Of a stretch of DNA of 64,000 bases, positions 1-25,971 are shown piece after piece; position 1 is the stretch's first letter, and each line of letters opens with the position of its first letter. The notes beneath the pieces were generated by a model. The model worked only from the letters and a program-made list of their open reading frames with translations, had not been told where the DNA came from and did no database searches. The stretch is from Thalia democratica (Eukaryota), in contig OZ241826.1 in NCBI GenBank assembly GCA_965202585.1, forward strand, positions 56,358,001 through 56,422,000, given 5' to 3'. The translations under genes were made by a program, and so were the position numbers.

Positions 1-167
1 GAAAAAACATATTTAAAGTAGCTTTACAGTATCTTTTCAAAGTTTTATACTATTTAACACATTTTCTTACCTTAAACTTGACATTAAACTAAAATATGAA
101 CTTTTAAAAACCTGGAAAAAATTTGCAAAACCTGGAACCAAGTTTGAAAAAAACGAGTGCAACCCTG
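1..167. mobile_element. Right end of a CAGGGTTGCCAC-family MITE (short CCTGG subfamily)
   Basis: Ends GAGTGCAACCCTG; aligns with 14221-14520. Confidence 0.7.
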
Positions 168-1137
168 ATTACAGTTGTTTTAAAAAAATAGGTTTTTATC
201 AAGCTTGATTCTACTATTTTGAGTTTGTTAGTTGATTCCAAAATTGTGTTTTAACAACACCAATTTGGGTCGTGTAACCGATGGGAAATATTTGTTCAAT
301 ATAATTTTTTATTTTCACTGTATTATATTTTAATGTTTGCTTCTATCTAAGTGCTCATTTTGTACTTGATTTAATTTTTTCTCTTAATTAAAACTTTAGA
401 TATTGTTTTTTCTAGTTTTGTTTGGTTTATACAGAGTTGTTTACGATAACTATAAGTTTGATATTTTTTCTAATGGTGCAATAGTATTCTTAATTAGTTA
501 TATTAAGTAATATCATTTAAAAGTAGAATATTTATAAATGTAAATTGTTGAAACGAGTACTTAAAAAAAGCAAAATAATTTCAGTTGGATTTGTTTTTTT
601 GCAAAATACTGAGTAGGTTAAGAAAACTGCTTGGCTGCTTTAATTAAAAATCTATTATAAATGCATTTCTTCAAGTAATATCTGCAAAAAAAAGCACTGG
701 TTATAATTATATATATCCATTTAGATTTTCTTTTTAATTATAAAATATGGTTGTTACTTTTTAAGGTTACACATGTTAATTCAGGCCGAGTCAGACTGTT
801 GAAAACTCACCCTTGTTCAAAGTTTTACATAAAACTGATGGCTCTTGTATTTTTAATGCAAAACTTCGTCTAGTTTTAATTTGAAAGTTTAGATAAATCA
901 TTAAAGTGTTTAGAAATATATATTTTTTACATTCTAGTCGTGTTCTACCGATAACTTTTTTTTTATATTGTGGAATATTTAATTTTAATTATTGAAAATA
1001 TCTTATGTCGAGTACAATTTACCACTATTTTTAAATTTAATATATGTATAATAAGTTTCAAAAGTTAGTAAATTGATCAATCTAAATGAAACGAGTAGCT
1101 ATAAGGCTATTCTATTCTTTGTAATAAAACTAGTTAA

Positions 1138-16253
<15,116 letters not shown>

Positions 16254-18220
16254 GTGCTGTTGCACAAATTAGTTAATGCTATATATTTTTCAAACTTATA
16301 GCAGTTTTTAATTGAAATGTTTTTTTATTTATTTGGTAGCTAACAGTCTTTATAATAACTGTATTATATAAATAGGACATAAAAAATTTTTGGATTAGAA
16401 GTCTTTGTAAAGATTTTATTCTTTAAATTGTATATAAGTTTTGTATTTTAGTAAAATAATTCTTGTAGAGCGTTTAAGTTAAAAAAAAAACGAATCGTGG
16501 AGTTTCTTTTTATAGTATGTTTAATTGGTACTTGAATATATTTTAAAGTCTTAATTACTTAAGTAATTAAAGATAAAAAAAAAACAAAGATTTTACTCAT
16601 TTAAAAATACTTTCGACATAAAAAAAAAAGTAAAATAGTTTAAAAAAAAAAACTGTTGAACTTCTAAGTTATTTAAGTTGAATTGAGTAAACCAATGTTT
16701 TATTAAATATTTTTGTTAGTTAAAAGTTTTTGGATATATGCATGAATACTTATTGAAGATAAAGTTATAAAAATAATGTTTAAATTCGAAGTACTTACAA
16801 AGTTTTAAATAAGACAGACTTATAAAAAAGATCTAACAAAAAGTTCAGTTTGTGTAAATAAATTATTTGTTTGTTAATTTTTCAAATGTTCTTTATAAGC
16901 TAAAATGTTGTTATTTTAATTTTACAAACTAATCTCCCAAAAAATTTTAGATCAGTCTACAACTGTTTACATAAGGACTATAAGGTTGATCCAAGTTTTA
17001 GTAAGTACTGGTTTTTCTTTATATGACAATTTATAATTTTCTACTGCAAAACTCCCAGTTTTTAATGTTTATTAAGTTAAGTTATATTGTAAGTATATAT
17101 TTCCTTGTTAAACCAACATTTTTTGAGTTCTGTAAAAACTAATTACTGCAAGAAAAAATTGATTACTACTGCCCTTTTTGATAAGAAATACAGTAACAAA
17201 ATAAAGTGAATAAACACATACTTAACCACGGGTCGGCGACCTTTTACAAGTAAATTCAATTTTCTAAAAGTTTGCTCGTGGGCTGGTTAGTTAAAAAAAG
17301 CCGCATATCAAAAGTATATGTAGTAATCTATAAAAATATTGAAACCATAATTTTATATAATAGTATTGCTCTAGTAATTATTAAACCAAGAGCCTAATTG
17401 TAAGTTTGTTTACTGTAAACTTTTTTATTCTTTTAAAAAAGTGAGCTTAAGCTGATAAGCACACCGCCGTAGATAAATGCGAGCTGCTGCTACTCTTGAA
17501 CTAAGAAAAGATTTTGTAAAATGTGTTAAAGATGTAATACAATTTACCAAAAAAACTAACATATCGATGAACATGCTAGGATAATCGAAGGATCTGAAAA
17601 AAAATTAGAACCACCAATGATTTGATGGGCCGTAGATAATTATTTTAAACTTAAAAAGTTCGATTTTCTGAACTTAATTAATACTAAGTTTAAATAGTTG
17701 AACTCTGTTTAAAGCTTATCGGATACAGAGTTTTTTCATATTAAATCCAGATCTAAAATGGCAATATCCAGCTGGAAGATCACTAATTTTTACATTTAAA
17801 GTTTCGATACTAAGAATCTATCATATACAATGTTGTTTATTAATTCTATTTATTATAAAACATACATAGCAGTACAGTATCTTTTCAACAGCTTTATAAT
17901 AGTACCATAAATTTATACTTAAAAATGGAAGAAAAAACTTGTACATTCAAAAACCTAGAAAAGTTTTTCTAAAAACATATGACAACTCTGTTGGACATCG
18001 ATGTGAAAATTTTATTATTTTCGCTTCGATAGTCCAAAAGTCGAGTTTATAAGTAATTTCATATTTAAATCCTTTTCTTTTACTACTAATTTTTAAAATG
18101 ATTAAAACACTTTGGTTTTTAAAAACATTGTTTCGAAAAATAATAACAACCGCTAGTTGACGCATTTTTGCCTTGTAGAATTAACTACCGATCACACCGG
18201 GTTTCATGCTTTAATCAGCA

Positions 18221-18590
18221 TGTTACATCATGCAACCATGTCTTGACCAGGCGATTGTTATGTAAGAAAGACGTATATAAACAGCAGAGCAAACGAGAAA
18301 GCAGATCATTTGGATTTCGACGTTAACAAGAAGCACCACTACGCCAGTTTGAAGCGTAAGCCGCCATCTTGGAAAAATAGCTGAACTCATGAAAAACTTT
18401 CTCTTGGCGCTGTGAGTGTAAATCGCCATCTTGGAAAATCTAGATGATTTCTGGTGAAACATTCTTACTCAAGTATTTGTTTGTTTGTCTGAAACATTTA
18501 CTTTGTACTTAACTTCATAACTTCGTAGTTTTTATATCTTGTTCTATATACATTTTGTATAATATTTTAGCAACGTCGACGGGGCGTACA
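18221..18590 (+). promoter_or_regulatory. GC-richer promoter-like or solo-LTR-like island with a TATA box and two YY1-type motifs
   Basis: TATATAAA 18274-18281; GCCGCCATCTTGG 18360-18372 and CGCCATCTTGG 18424-18434; TGTTACA start and GGGGCGTACA end, but no matching TSD. Confidence 0.4.
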
Positions 18591-19332
18591 ACTTGATTTA
18601 AGTTGTTAACGTGCCATACTCATAAGCCTACGCATACTGTAGCAGACAAGCAGCAACAACTTCCAGTTTGGATCATTTTGAACATTGAACTCGACCCATA
18701 AGCCCACGCATTCGGTGGCATAAACTTATTACTTTATTTCTAATTTTCTTTATTTGAATGTTATATCTTTTTATCTTGCGCGCTCTACATCCACTGTCAA
18801 CGAGGAAGTATAAGTCCTTACTTTCTGAACCAGTAAACTGTACGAGCAACCATTTGTTAGAGCTCAACTAGAATTGTGAACTGCAAGAAGTCTTCTCATA
18901 TAATAACTTTTATTATCGTTCTTTGATTGTATTGTATAATAAAGCATATAGATACTTGTTAGTCTATATTTAAACTTAAACTATAAGTAGAATGAGAAGG
19001 GTATTAGCTCTTACACCCTCTTGCACTCGGTCGCAGACCGAGGTAGTAACTAAAGATAAAGATGGCCCTGAAGCTACTGCTAATCTGGCTCCTGTCGAAA
19101 CTGCCGAACCTGTTACAGAGGCGGTTTCCCACAAAGCTAGAAACCGCAGTAGTTCGGAGTACATCAACTCTCTTATATTAAAAAAAATTGCAATACCAAA
19201 AAGTTAAAAATAAAGATTGAAAACGCAGGTTAGTAATATGCATTATTTACAAACAATTTTTTAGCGTGTTTAAAGTAGACAAAAAATTCAAAATAAAAAG
19301 AGTATTGCTTTACCGTTTGATGTAATTTGAGT

Positions 19333-19775
19333 GGCAACGGGTCTAAATCGCACGAGCTTACTAAAATGCACAAGGGGAATAAATTGCACGAGGGGACTAA
19401 ATTGAACTAGGTAACACAATTACACTAAGACGTTTTTGCACGATAGTAAATAAATACAGAAAAAAAAAAGTTACTGACCGAGGGTAAGCTTTAGGGGTAA
19501 CAGTGATAGTAAACATAAAAATAACTTATTAAAAATATTATTTAAAATCTTATTGAAAAAAAAGCTACCGACCGAGGGTTAGGGGTAACAGTGATAGTTA
19601 TAAAAAAAAAGTTTTTTTAAATAAATAATAACTTATCGACCGAGGGTTAGGGGTAACAGTGATTGTAAAAATAAAAAACTAAAAATTAATACAAAAAAAA
19701 TCCGTTCAAAATTGTCTGCTCGTTCAAAAGTATCTTCGTGCAATTTTGTCCTCTCGTGCAATTTAGACAGCTACC
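19333..19775. repeat. Non-autonomous element with inverted TTGCACGA arrays and a GAGGGTTAGGGGTAACAGTGATAGT core (three units)
   Basis: Left arm has TTGCACGA repeats, right arm has TCGTGCAA repeats; imperfect TIR ending TTTAGACAGCTACC. Confidence 0.65.
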
Positions 19776-20729
19776 TAATTTGAGTACTTGAATTAGGTTT
19801 TTGTTTCTTGATTAGTATAGATTCCAGGCTCTGTAAAATTTGTATTGTTATAAAACCCCAAAACTGTGGTACCACATCTGAGTTTTGGCCAATAAAATAA
19901 GGATCATATTTTACACTTATTTTAAATTGCTTCAGACATACTTCTGATATAGAATGATAGCTTCTTTCAAATGAAATCTTCAATATTTTTTTCAGATAAA
20001 ATTAGTAGGGAATAGCAAGTTATAAGTACAAGTTAATTAAGAAATACTAATTTGAAGATAGTTGGCTTTTGGTTGACTGTTAAGAGAAAAAATATTTTTT
20101 CAAAAGAATCATTAATCTTTGATTACTAAGTTTCCTACTTTTGTATACATCATAATGTAAAAACAAATAACTTGGTAGAAGTGAAAACTCACAAAGATTT
20201 TTTTTTACTCTACTATCTTTTATTATACCATATGTATTCGATGACCGGTGGTATTTATGAACACTGTCCTTGGACCACATTTTAAGACTAAATAACTCGT
20301 GTATATCTATATAAAAATATGAACTATTTCGAAGAGCGCGTTACGTACACTGAAATCAATAAAAAGCTGTATACAATCAAAATAGTTAATCCTTAATTGA
20401 TTTAACTAAACGTAAAAGAGAAAATTAGTAGGTTCAGCCAACATAGCTTTAGTTTTTATAAACAAGTTTATTACATAAACAAAAACTAAAGAATGAAAGT
20501 GATAATAATATTTTTAGAAAAGATTATAATTAAAAAAAATTTGTTTCAGAGCTGAAAGTAAAAAAGATCTTTAGTAAAGCACATCTGTACTACTAACAAA
20601 GCTTCAACTACTAACATTCTTGGTTGTCTGATAACACGTTTTAATATATCTATATAACAGTAGTAAGTTGAAGTTTCGCAGATATTCAAAATCAGATATT
20701 CGCACTTTGAAAAGATATTCGCTATAAAC

Positions 20730-22745
20730 AAGTTTTCGTAAAAAATTAAGGGAGCTTACAATTCTTGTTTAATATAGACAAAAAACATCTTAAACGACTC
20801 GTCTGGCTTTTTATACATTACATTTTTGGTTAAGATTAAATAAAATCATCAAAAAATATATATTTTTTGACCTCAAAGTTCAACTAATTTTTTTCTTGTT
20901 TATTCTTTATAAAACAACTAAGTTTCGTAAAAAAATTAATGGAGCTTACAATTCTTATTCAATATAGACAAAAAACATCTTAAACGATTTGCCTTGCTTT
21001 GTAGATATTACATTTTTGGTTTAGATTGAATAAGAACAACAAAAACTTACTTTTTTCTGACTTTAAACTTAGACTATTATTTTTCTTGTTTATTCTTTAT
21101 AAAACAACTAAGTTTCGTAAAAAGTTAATGGAGCTTACAATTCTTATTAAACTTAGGCAAAAAACATCTTAAACGATTCGTCTTACTTTGTAGATATTAA
21201 ATTTTTGGTCTAGATTAAATAAAATATTCTTTCTAATTTTAAAATGTTTAAATTTTCTTTAATTAAACAACTAAGTTTCTTTTAGCTTACAATTCTTTTC
21301 ATTTTAAATAAAAAACATCTTAAACGACTCGTTATTTTATTTATGACGTTTTTGGTTTAGATTAAAATATTGCAACGAAATAATAAATATTTTAATGAAA
21401 CTTAAAGAATTTTATTATTTTAATCAAAAAGATAAGAGTCTTTAAATCTCAACGATACACTTCGTGTTCATTTTTCTTTTGCTGCTTCCTTCTTTAATTC
21501 ATCTGTTGATGAAATTGCATAAAACTAATTATTAGAATTTTATTTTAGTTTATTTTATGCTAAAATACTTTTTCAACTGTTACAAACCTTCAGCTGCTAA
21601 AATAGAAATTTCAATTTTTACTCTTTTTTTATCCGATTTGTTCTCTGTATTGCTAAATTTTATAGTTTCATTTGGTTTTGTTGGAAACACTTTCAGTATC
21701 TCTTTAGCCATATGCATAGAATTTAATAAAATATTGAAATTAAATTGAAGTTTGAGCATTTTATGGTTTACTTAAAGTTTACACTTTTTAACCTCAACTA
21801 TATGAATTCCACAACTTTTCCCGTCCATTTGTTGCTCATGCTGAATATAACCTTCTTCCCAATCATTTAACCATTCAATGCTTCAATAATTTTTTTTTTT
21901 AAATAGCGCTAAAAATATATAAAACTGTTAAAAAATTAATTCTTTATGATTAAAATACTTAAGATACAAAGAGCTTTACTTCAGTTTTTCGGAGGCTTTT
22001 TTTGTGTTTCAAAGTTGATCAGACTCTCTTGTTATTAAGGGATCCAAAATGTAGACATTTTAACATTTAAATACTGATAAAAAAAGGTTTTTACATTTAG
22101 AACTGTATACAAATATTTGTACAAAACTGTTTACTTACAGTCTCCAGTGTTTGTCATTTACTTGAAAAAATGACAATATTGCCTCATGCATGTAGAGTTT
22201 ATCTGTAACTTTATGAATGTCTAAAGTTGAAGATTTACATTTTTTACTTTACTTTTAAATAATTTCTTACATCAGTTATAAATTTAAGTTGATTTTTATC
22301 AAAAGGAAGATCTAAATAGATATTAAATTTTTGTGTTTTATTGCTCCATATATTTTGTCTAAGTTTATTAAGAATTGTAAGCTCCATTATTTTTTTACGA
22401 AACTTAGTTGCTTTATAAAGAATAAACAAGAAAAAAAAATTGAAGTTTGAGGTCAAAAAAAAAACAGTTTTTTGTTGTTCCTGTTCAATCTAAACCAAAA
22501 ATGTAATATCTACAAAGCAAGACGAATCAGTTTATAAGACAAGTTTATAAGTTTATAGTTCAGTTTTATAGTTTATAAGCAAGACGAATACGTTTAAGAT
22601 GTTTTTTGTCTATATTGAATAAGAATTGTATACTCCATTAATTTTTTACGAAACTTAGTTGTTTTATAAAGAATAAACAAGAAATAATAAGTTTTTTGTT
22701 GTTCTTATTCTATCTAAACCAAAAATGCAATATCTACAAAGAAAG
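20730..22745. mobile_element. Foldback-like element: ~190-bp tandem units on the left (~20730-21390) and the same units inverted on the right (~22330-22745)
   Basis: Unit AAGTTTCGTAAAAAA..GGAGCTTACAATTC..CATCTTAAACGA.. occurs about 3.5 times forward and about 2 times reversed. Outer termini and TSD not found. Confidence 0.75.
21468..22220 (-). pseudogene. Spliced Ulp1/C48 (SUMO-type) cysteine protease relic inside the foldback element
   Basis: Exon-like blocks give VNDKHWRL (His 22149-22147), VYILDPL (Asp 22044-22042), HEQQMDGKSCGIHIVE (Cys 21813-21811), MAKEILKVFP...ILAAE and DELKKEAAKEK*. The last two introns are phase-consistent; frameshifts, stops and a mutated acceptor (CAT at 21714-21712) show decay. 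Confidence 0.75.
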
Positions 22746-22931
22746 TTTGATGATTTATCAATAATTCTTATCTCGGTAACAAAGGGCTACATTAGGGTCA
22801 TTAAGCGGTAGAGACGTTCACTTTTTCATTTTTCAAGTGTATAAAAACAACCGCTTTGATAGAACACCTAAAGCAGACATAAAATTGCGGAAAAACTACA
22901 GTACCTCGTTCGACTTTCAAAGAATTGTTTG

Positions 22932-24206
22932 AACAGCTTTTTTTCCGGTGCATAACTTACTAAAAATATATAACAGAATGCATTTCATTATCTTTAAATT
23001 TATTTAAGTACTTTCAAGTAGGACTCGTCAGAAATTGTTTCCTACTGGATTGGAATGAATACAAATTGAAATAAAATTATACTGCAGTTTAAAGTTTTAA
23101 GATATAAAATGACGTAATAATCAAATGTTAAAAATTAAATAAGTGCAAAACAATGCTAAATAATGCTAAACAAATTTGGTATACTAATAAAACTCGGTAG
23201 AATTAAAACAATCTAAATAAAAAAGCGATAAGAATTTTAAATTAAAACTATGCTTAAAAATAAAGTTTAACAAGAAACTAATTACTTTAAAATTACTAAT
23301 ATAAGGATTTAAAAAAGTCTAGTTTGGTAAACGAACTTTTTCTGCTTACATAAACTGGGCCTTAAAGATTGAATACATAAGGCTTCCAGAATATGCAATT
23401 GAAAAGAGTTCTCCGCTCTCACTAAGACTGAAAAATTGTCCTTTTTATAATTTTTAACACACTCAGGATTGTCCAACAAATGTTGCCCAATCGCCGAGAA
23501 GTATTTTTTAGTTGGTTTCTCAGAACGGCCATCAAACCACTTTTTCAAGACTTTCGGAACATGTTGATCGATTCTTACATGAAACCTTTGAGATGTTTTT
23601 CCCACGTAGTCACTACCACAGTGACAATTAAGTTTATAGATGATGTTTGATGGCCGTTCTGAGAAACCAACTAAAAAATACTTCTCGGCGATTGGGCAAC
23701 ATTTGTTGGACAATCCTGAGTGTGTTAAAAATTATAAAAAGGACAATTTTTCAGTCTTAGTGAGAGCGGAGAACTCTTTTCAATTGCATATTCTGGAAGC
23801 CTTATGTATTCAATCTTTAAGGCCCAGTTTATGTAAGCAGAAAAAGTTCGTTTACCAAACTAGACTTTTTAAATCCTTATATTAGTAATTTTAAAGTAAT
23901 TAGTTTCTTGTTAAACTTTATTTTTAAGCATAGTTTTAATTTAAGTTTTTATCGCTTTTTTATTTAGATTGTTTTAATTCTACCGAGTTTTATTAGTATA
24001 CCAAATTTGTTTAGCATTAGCACTTATTTAATTTTTAACATTTGATTATTACGTCATTTTATATCTTAAAACTTCAAACTGCAGTATAATTTTATTTCAA
24101 TTTGTATTCATTCCAATCCAGTAGGAAACAATTTCTGACGAGTCCTACTTGAAAGTACTTAAATAAATTTAAAGATAATGAAATGCATTCTGTTATATAT
24201 TTTTAG
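22932..24206. mobile_element. 5'-truncated Penelope-like element with an inverted duplication of the GIY-YIG end and 3' region
   Basis: GIY-YIG ORF NIIYKLNCHCGSDYVGKT...LHILEALCI. Arms 22960-23537 and 23645-24206 are reverse complements apart from a 16-bp indel. 13-bp TSD AAAGAATTGTTTG at 22919-22931 and 24207-24219. Confidence 0.92.
24135..24160 (+). ncRNA. Hammerhead-ribozyme-like core in the Penelope terminal repeat (mirror copy on the minus strand at 23006-23031)
   Basis: CTGACGA-gtcctactt-GAAA followed by the palindrome AAGTACTT; 4-bp stem I (attt/aaat). Stem II is imperfect. Confidence 0.5.
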
Positions 24207-24429
24207 AAAGAATTGTTTGTTCGCGTTAAAAACAGCGATTTTTGATTTGGTTATACATTGGTTTTTAATGTTTTTCAATAGTTAAATGTTTGCAACTATG
24301 TTATCTAACTAAGTAGCTGTTGTTACAACAATGAGAACATATTTTATGTAGTTGTTAAATTTATTATGTTTATATTAATTGTAATTTTAGCTCTGTTATA
24401 ATTCCGGTTTAAGTATACTGCTTATTTTC

Positions 24430-24966
24430 TTAACGGCGTCTTCTTTTGCAGGACCTTTTTCTTACGACGGTCCTCTTTTTTGGCTTGCATACCCTCTTTT
24501 TGGGTTTGCGACGACGGCGGCAGGTCTTCCTTTTAGGCTTTTTTGCCTTCTTGCAAGACCTCCTCCTGCGTTTTTTGGTCTTCTTGCAGGATTTTTTTGC
24601 CTTCTTGCGTCTGCGGGTACGCCTCTTCTTCTTGGGCTTGCAGGAACGCCTTTTCTTCTTGGGCTTGCAGCGACGACGTCTGCGTTTGCAAACCTTCTTG
24701 GTCTTCTTGGAAGATTTCTTCTTACCGGCAGATGGGTCGACGATTTGGAAGCTTCCGTTGTTGTTCTTCTCAACGACTCCCTTGGCGCACAACTTCTTAA
24801 GAACTTTAGCAGCGACTTTTGAGGCTTTCTTTTCTTTCAAACCGGCTGATGCAGCCAAAGAAGAAACGATTTCCTTGCTTTTGCCAGCTGAGACGCTCAG
24901 GGTATCCCTGACAACGTTCTCGTAGTTGGCTTCTTGAGCTTGGGTTTGTTGCTTTGATCGAACCAT
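24430..24966 (-). CDS. Histone H1-related, protamine-like basic protein (178 aa), copy 1
   Basis: Intact intronless, locally GC-rich ORF. N-terminal ~80 aa resembles a degenerate H1 winged helix (VLKKLCAKGVVEKNNNGSFQI versus H1 ALKxLVxKGxLxQ..GASGSFKL). The 97-aa tail has 38 K, 29 R and 8 C. AATAAA at 24360-24365. Confidence 0.8.
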   Translation of the reverse strand: MVRSKQQTQAQEANYENVVRDTLSVSAGKSKEIVSSLAASAGLKEKKASKVAAKVLKKLCAKGVVEKNNNGSFQIVDPSAGKKKSSKKTKKVCKRRRRRCKPKKKRRSCKPKKKRRTRRRKKAKKSCKKTKKRRRRSCKKAKKPKRKTCRRRRKPKKRVCKPKKRTVVRKRSCKRRRR

Positions 24967-25971
24967 GATGCTTCGCTTTTTTACTTAAATTTTTTCGTTT
25001 TTTGACATGACGTACCGGACTCGAACCATCTAAAGTTTGACATATAACCTGAAAAAGTTAAGTTTATAAGCATGAGTAGCAAAATAATTACACAAATAAA
25101 GTAACTTTTACGATTTCTATATAATGAAGATAAATATTTTTGTACAAATATTAATCTTGTATGTTTTTTGAACAGTTTTATCTTTGTGGAATATTTAAAT
25201 TTTTATAATTGACTTACTATTATTTAAAAATTTATAAGTAATTTAAATTTGTTTCTCATAAACGGATATTTCGCAGTGAACTAACCATAAAAAACTATAA
25301 AAAAATAGCTAGTGGTAATTAATTAAAATTAAAGTTAATATATAATACCGATATGTATGAGAGTATGTTTTAAAAAAAGTGTATTTATGAGTTGGTTTTA
25401 TATAACTTCTTTTAAAAATTTAACTATTTAACAAGGTGCACTGAAGATTAATTATGCTAAGAATTTTTTATAGACGCAATAACATTGACGTTTTAACAAA
25501 TAACATCTAGTTAAGTGTTTTGTAAACTTTTGAAAAGCTGACAAAGTTGATAATGGAAGAAAAAGATTGTTTACACTTTTGAAATTGATACTTTTACTTT
25601 ACATATGAAAATTGTATGTACAGGTAGAGAAAAAATGTTTCAAGAACTTATTAAAGGATTTAGTTTTAGTACTTTATTAAAGGCTCATGTTCCATAAATT
25701 ATAGCAATTTACTAACTGTGTACACCAGGGTTTCCCAAACTGTGGATATCGGATTTCAGGGGGTGTTAGTTTATAAGTTGGAGAAAAAGCAATTAAGTAA
25801 TAGTTAAGTACAGGGGTGATATCTTATAAATAAGGGAGATTTTTTATTCAATTTCTACCAATAGGGCGTGTAAGCATTAGATTCTTGTTCGCCGAATGAT
25901 ATAGAAAAAGAAGAGTTGTTTAATGTATCATAACATTCTACTTGAATAAGGCTATATTTAAGTAAATTAAT

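Noticed and set aside
20730-21390. Tandem repeats as a CRISPR-like array
   Set aside because: Units are ~190 bp and similar along their whole length with no unique spacers; eukaryotic context.
23640-23885. Apparent second GIY-YIG gene on +
   Set aside because: Mirror image created by the Penelope inversion, not an independent gene.
24300-24429. Replication-dependent histone 3' stem-loop after the H1-like genes
   Set aside because: Not present after either copy; AATAAA is found instead.
24446-24925. 159-aa Phe/Leu-rich ORF on + (and its twin 43860-44339)
   Set aside because: Antisense shadow of the AAG/AGA-rich basic ORF; the Phe/Leu richness follows directly from the complement.
25016-25027. 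GGTTCGAGTCC as part of a tRNA gene
   Set aside because: No A-box or cloverleaf could be built around it; kept only as a motif note.
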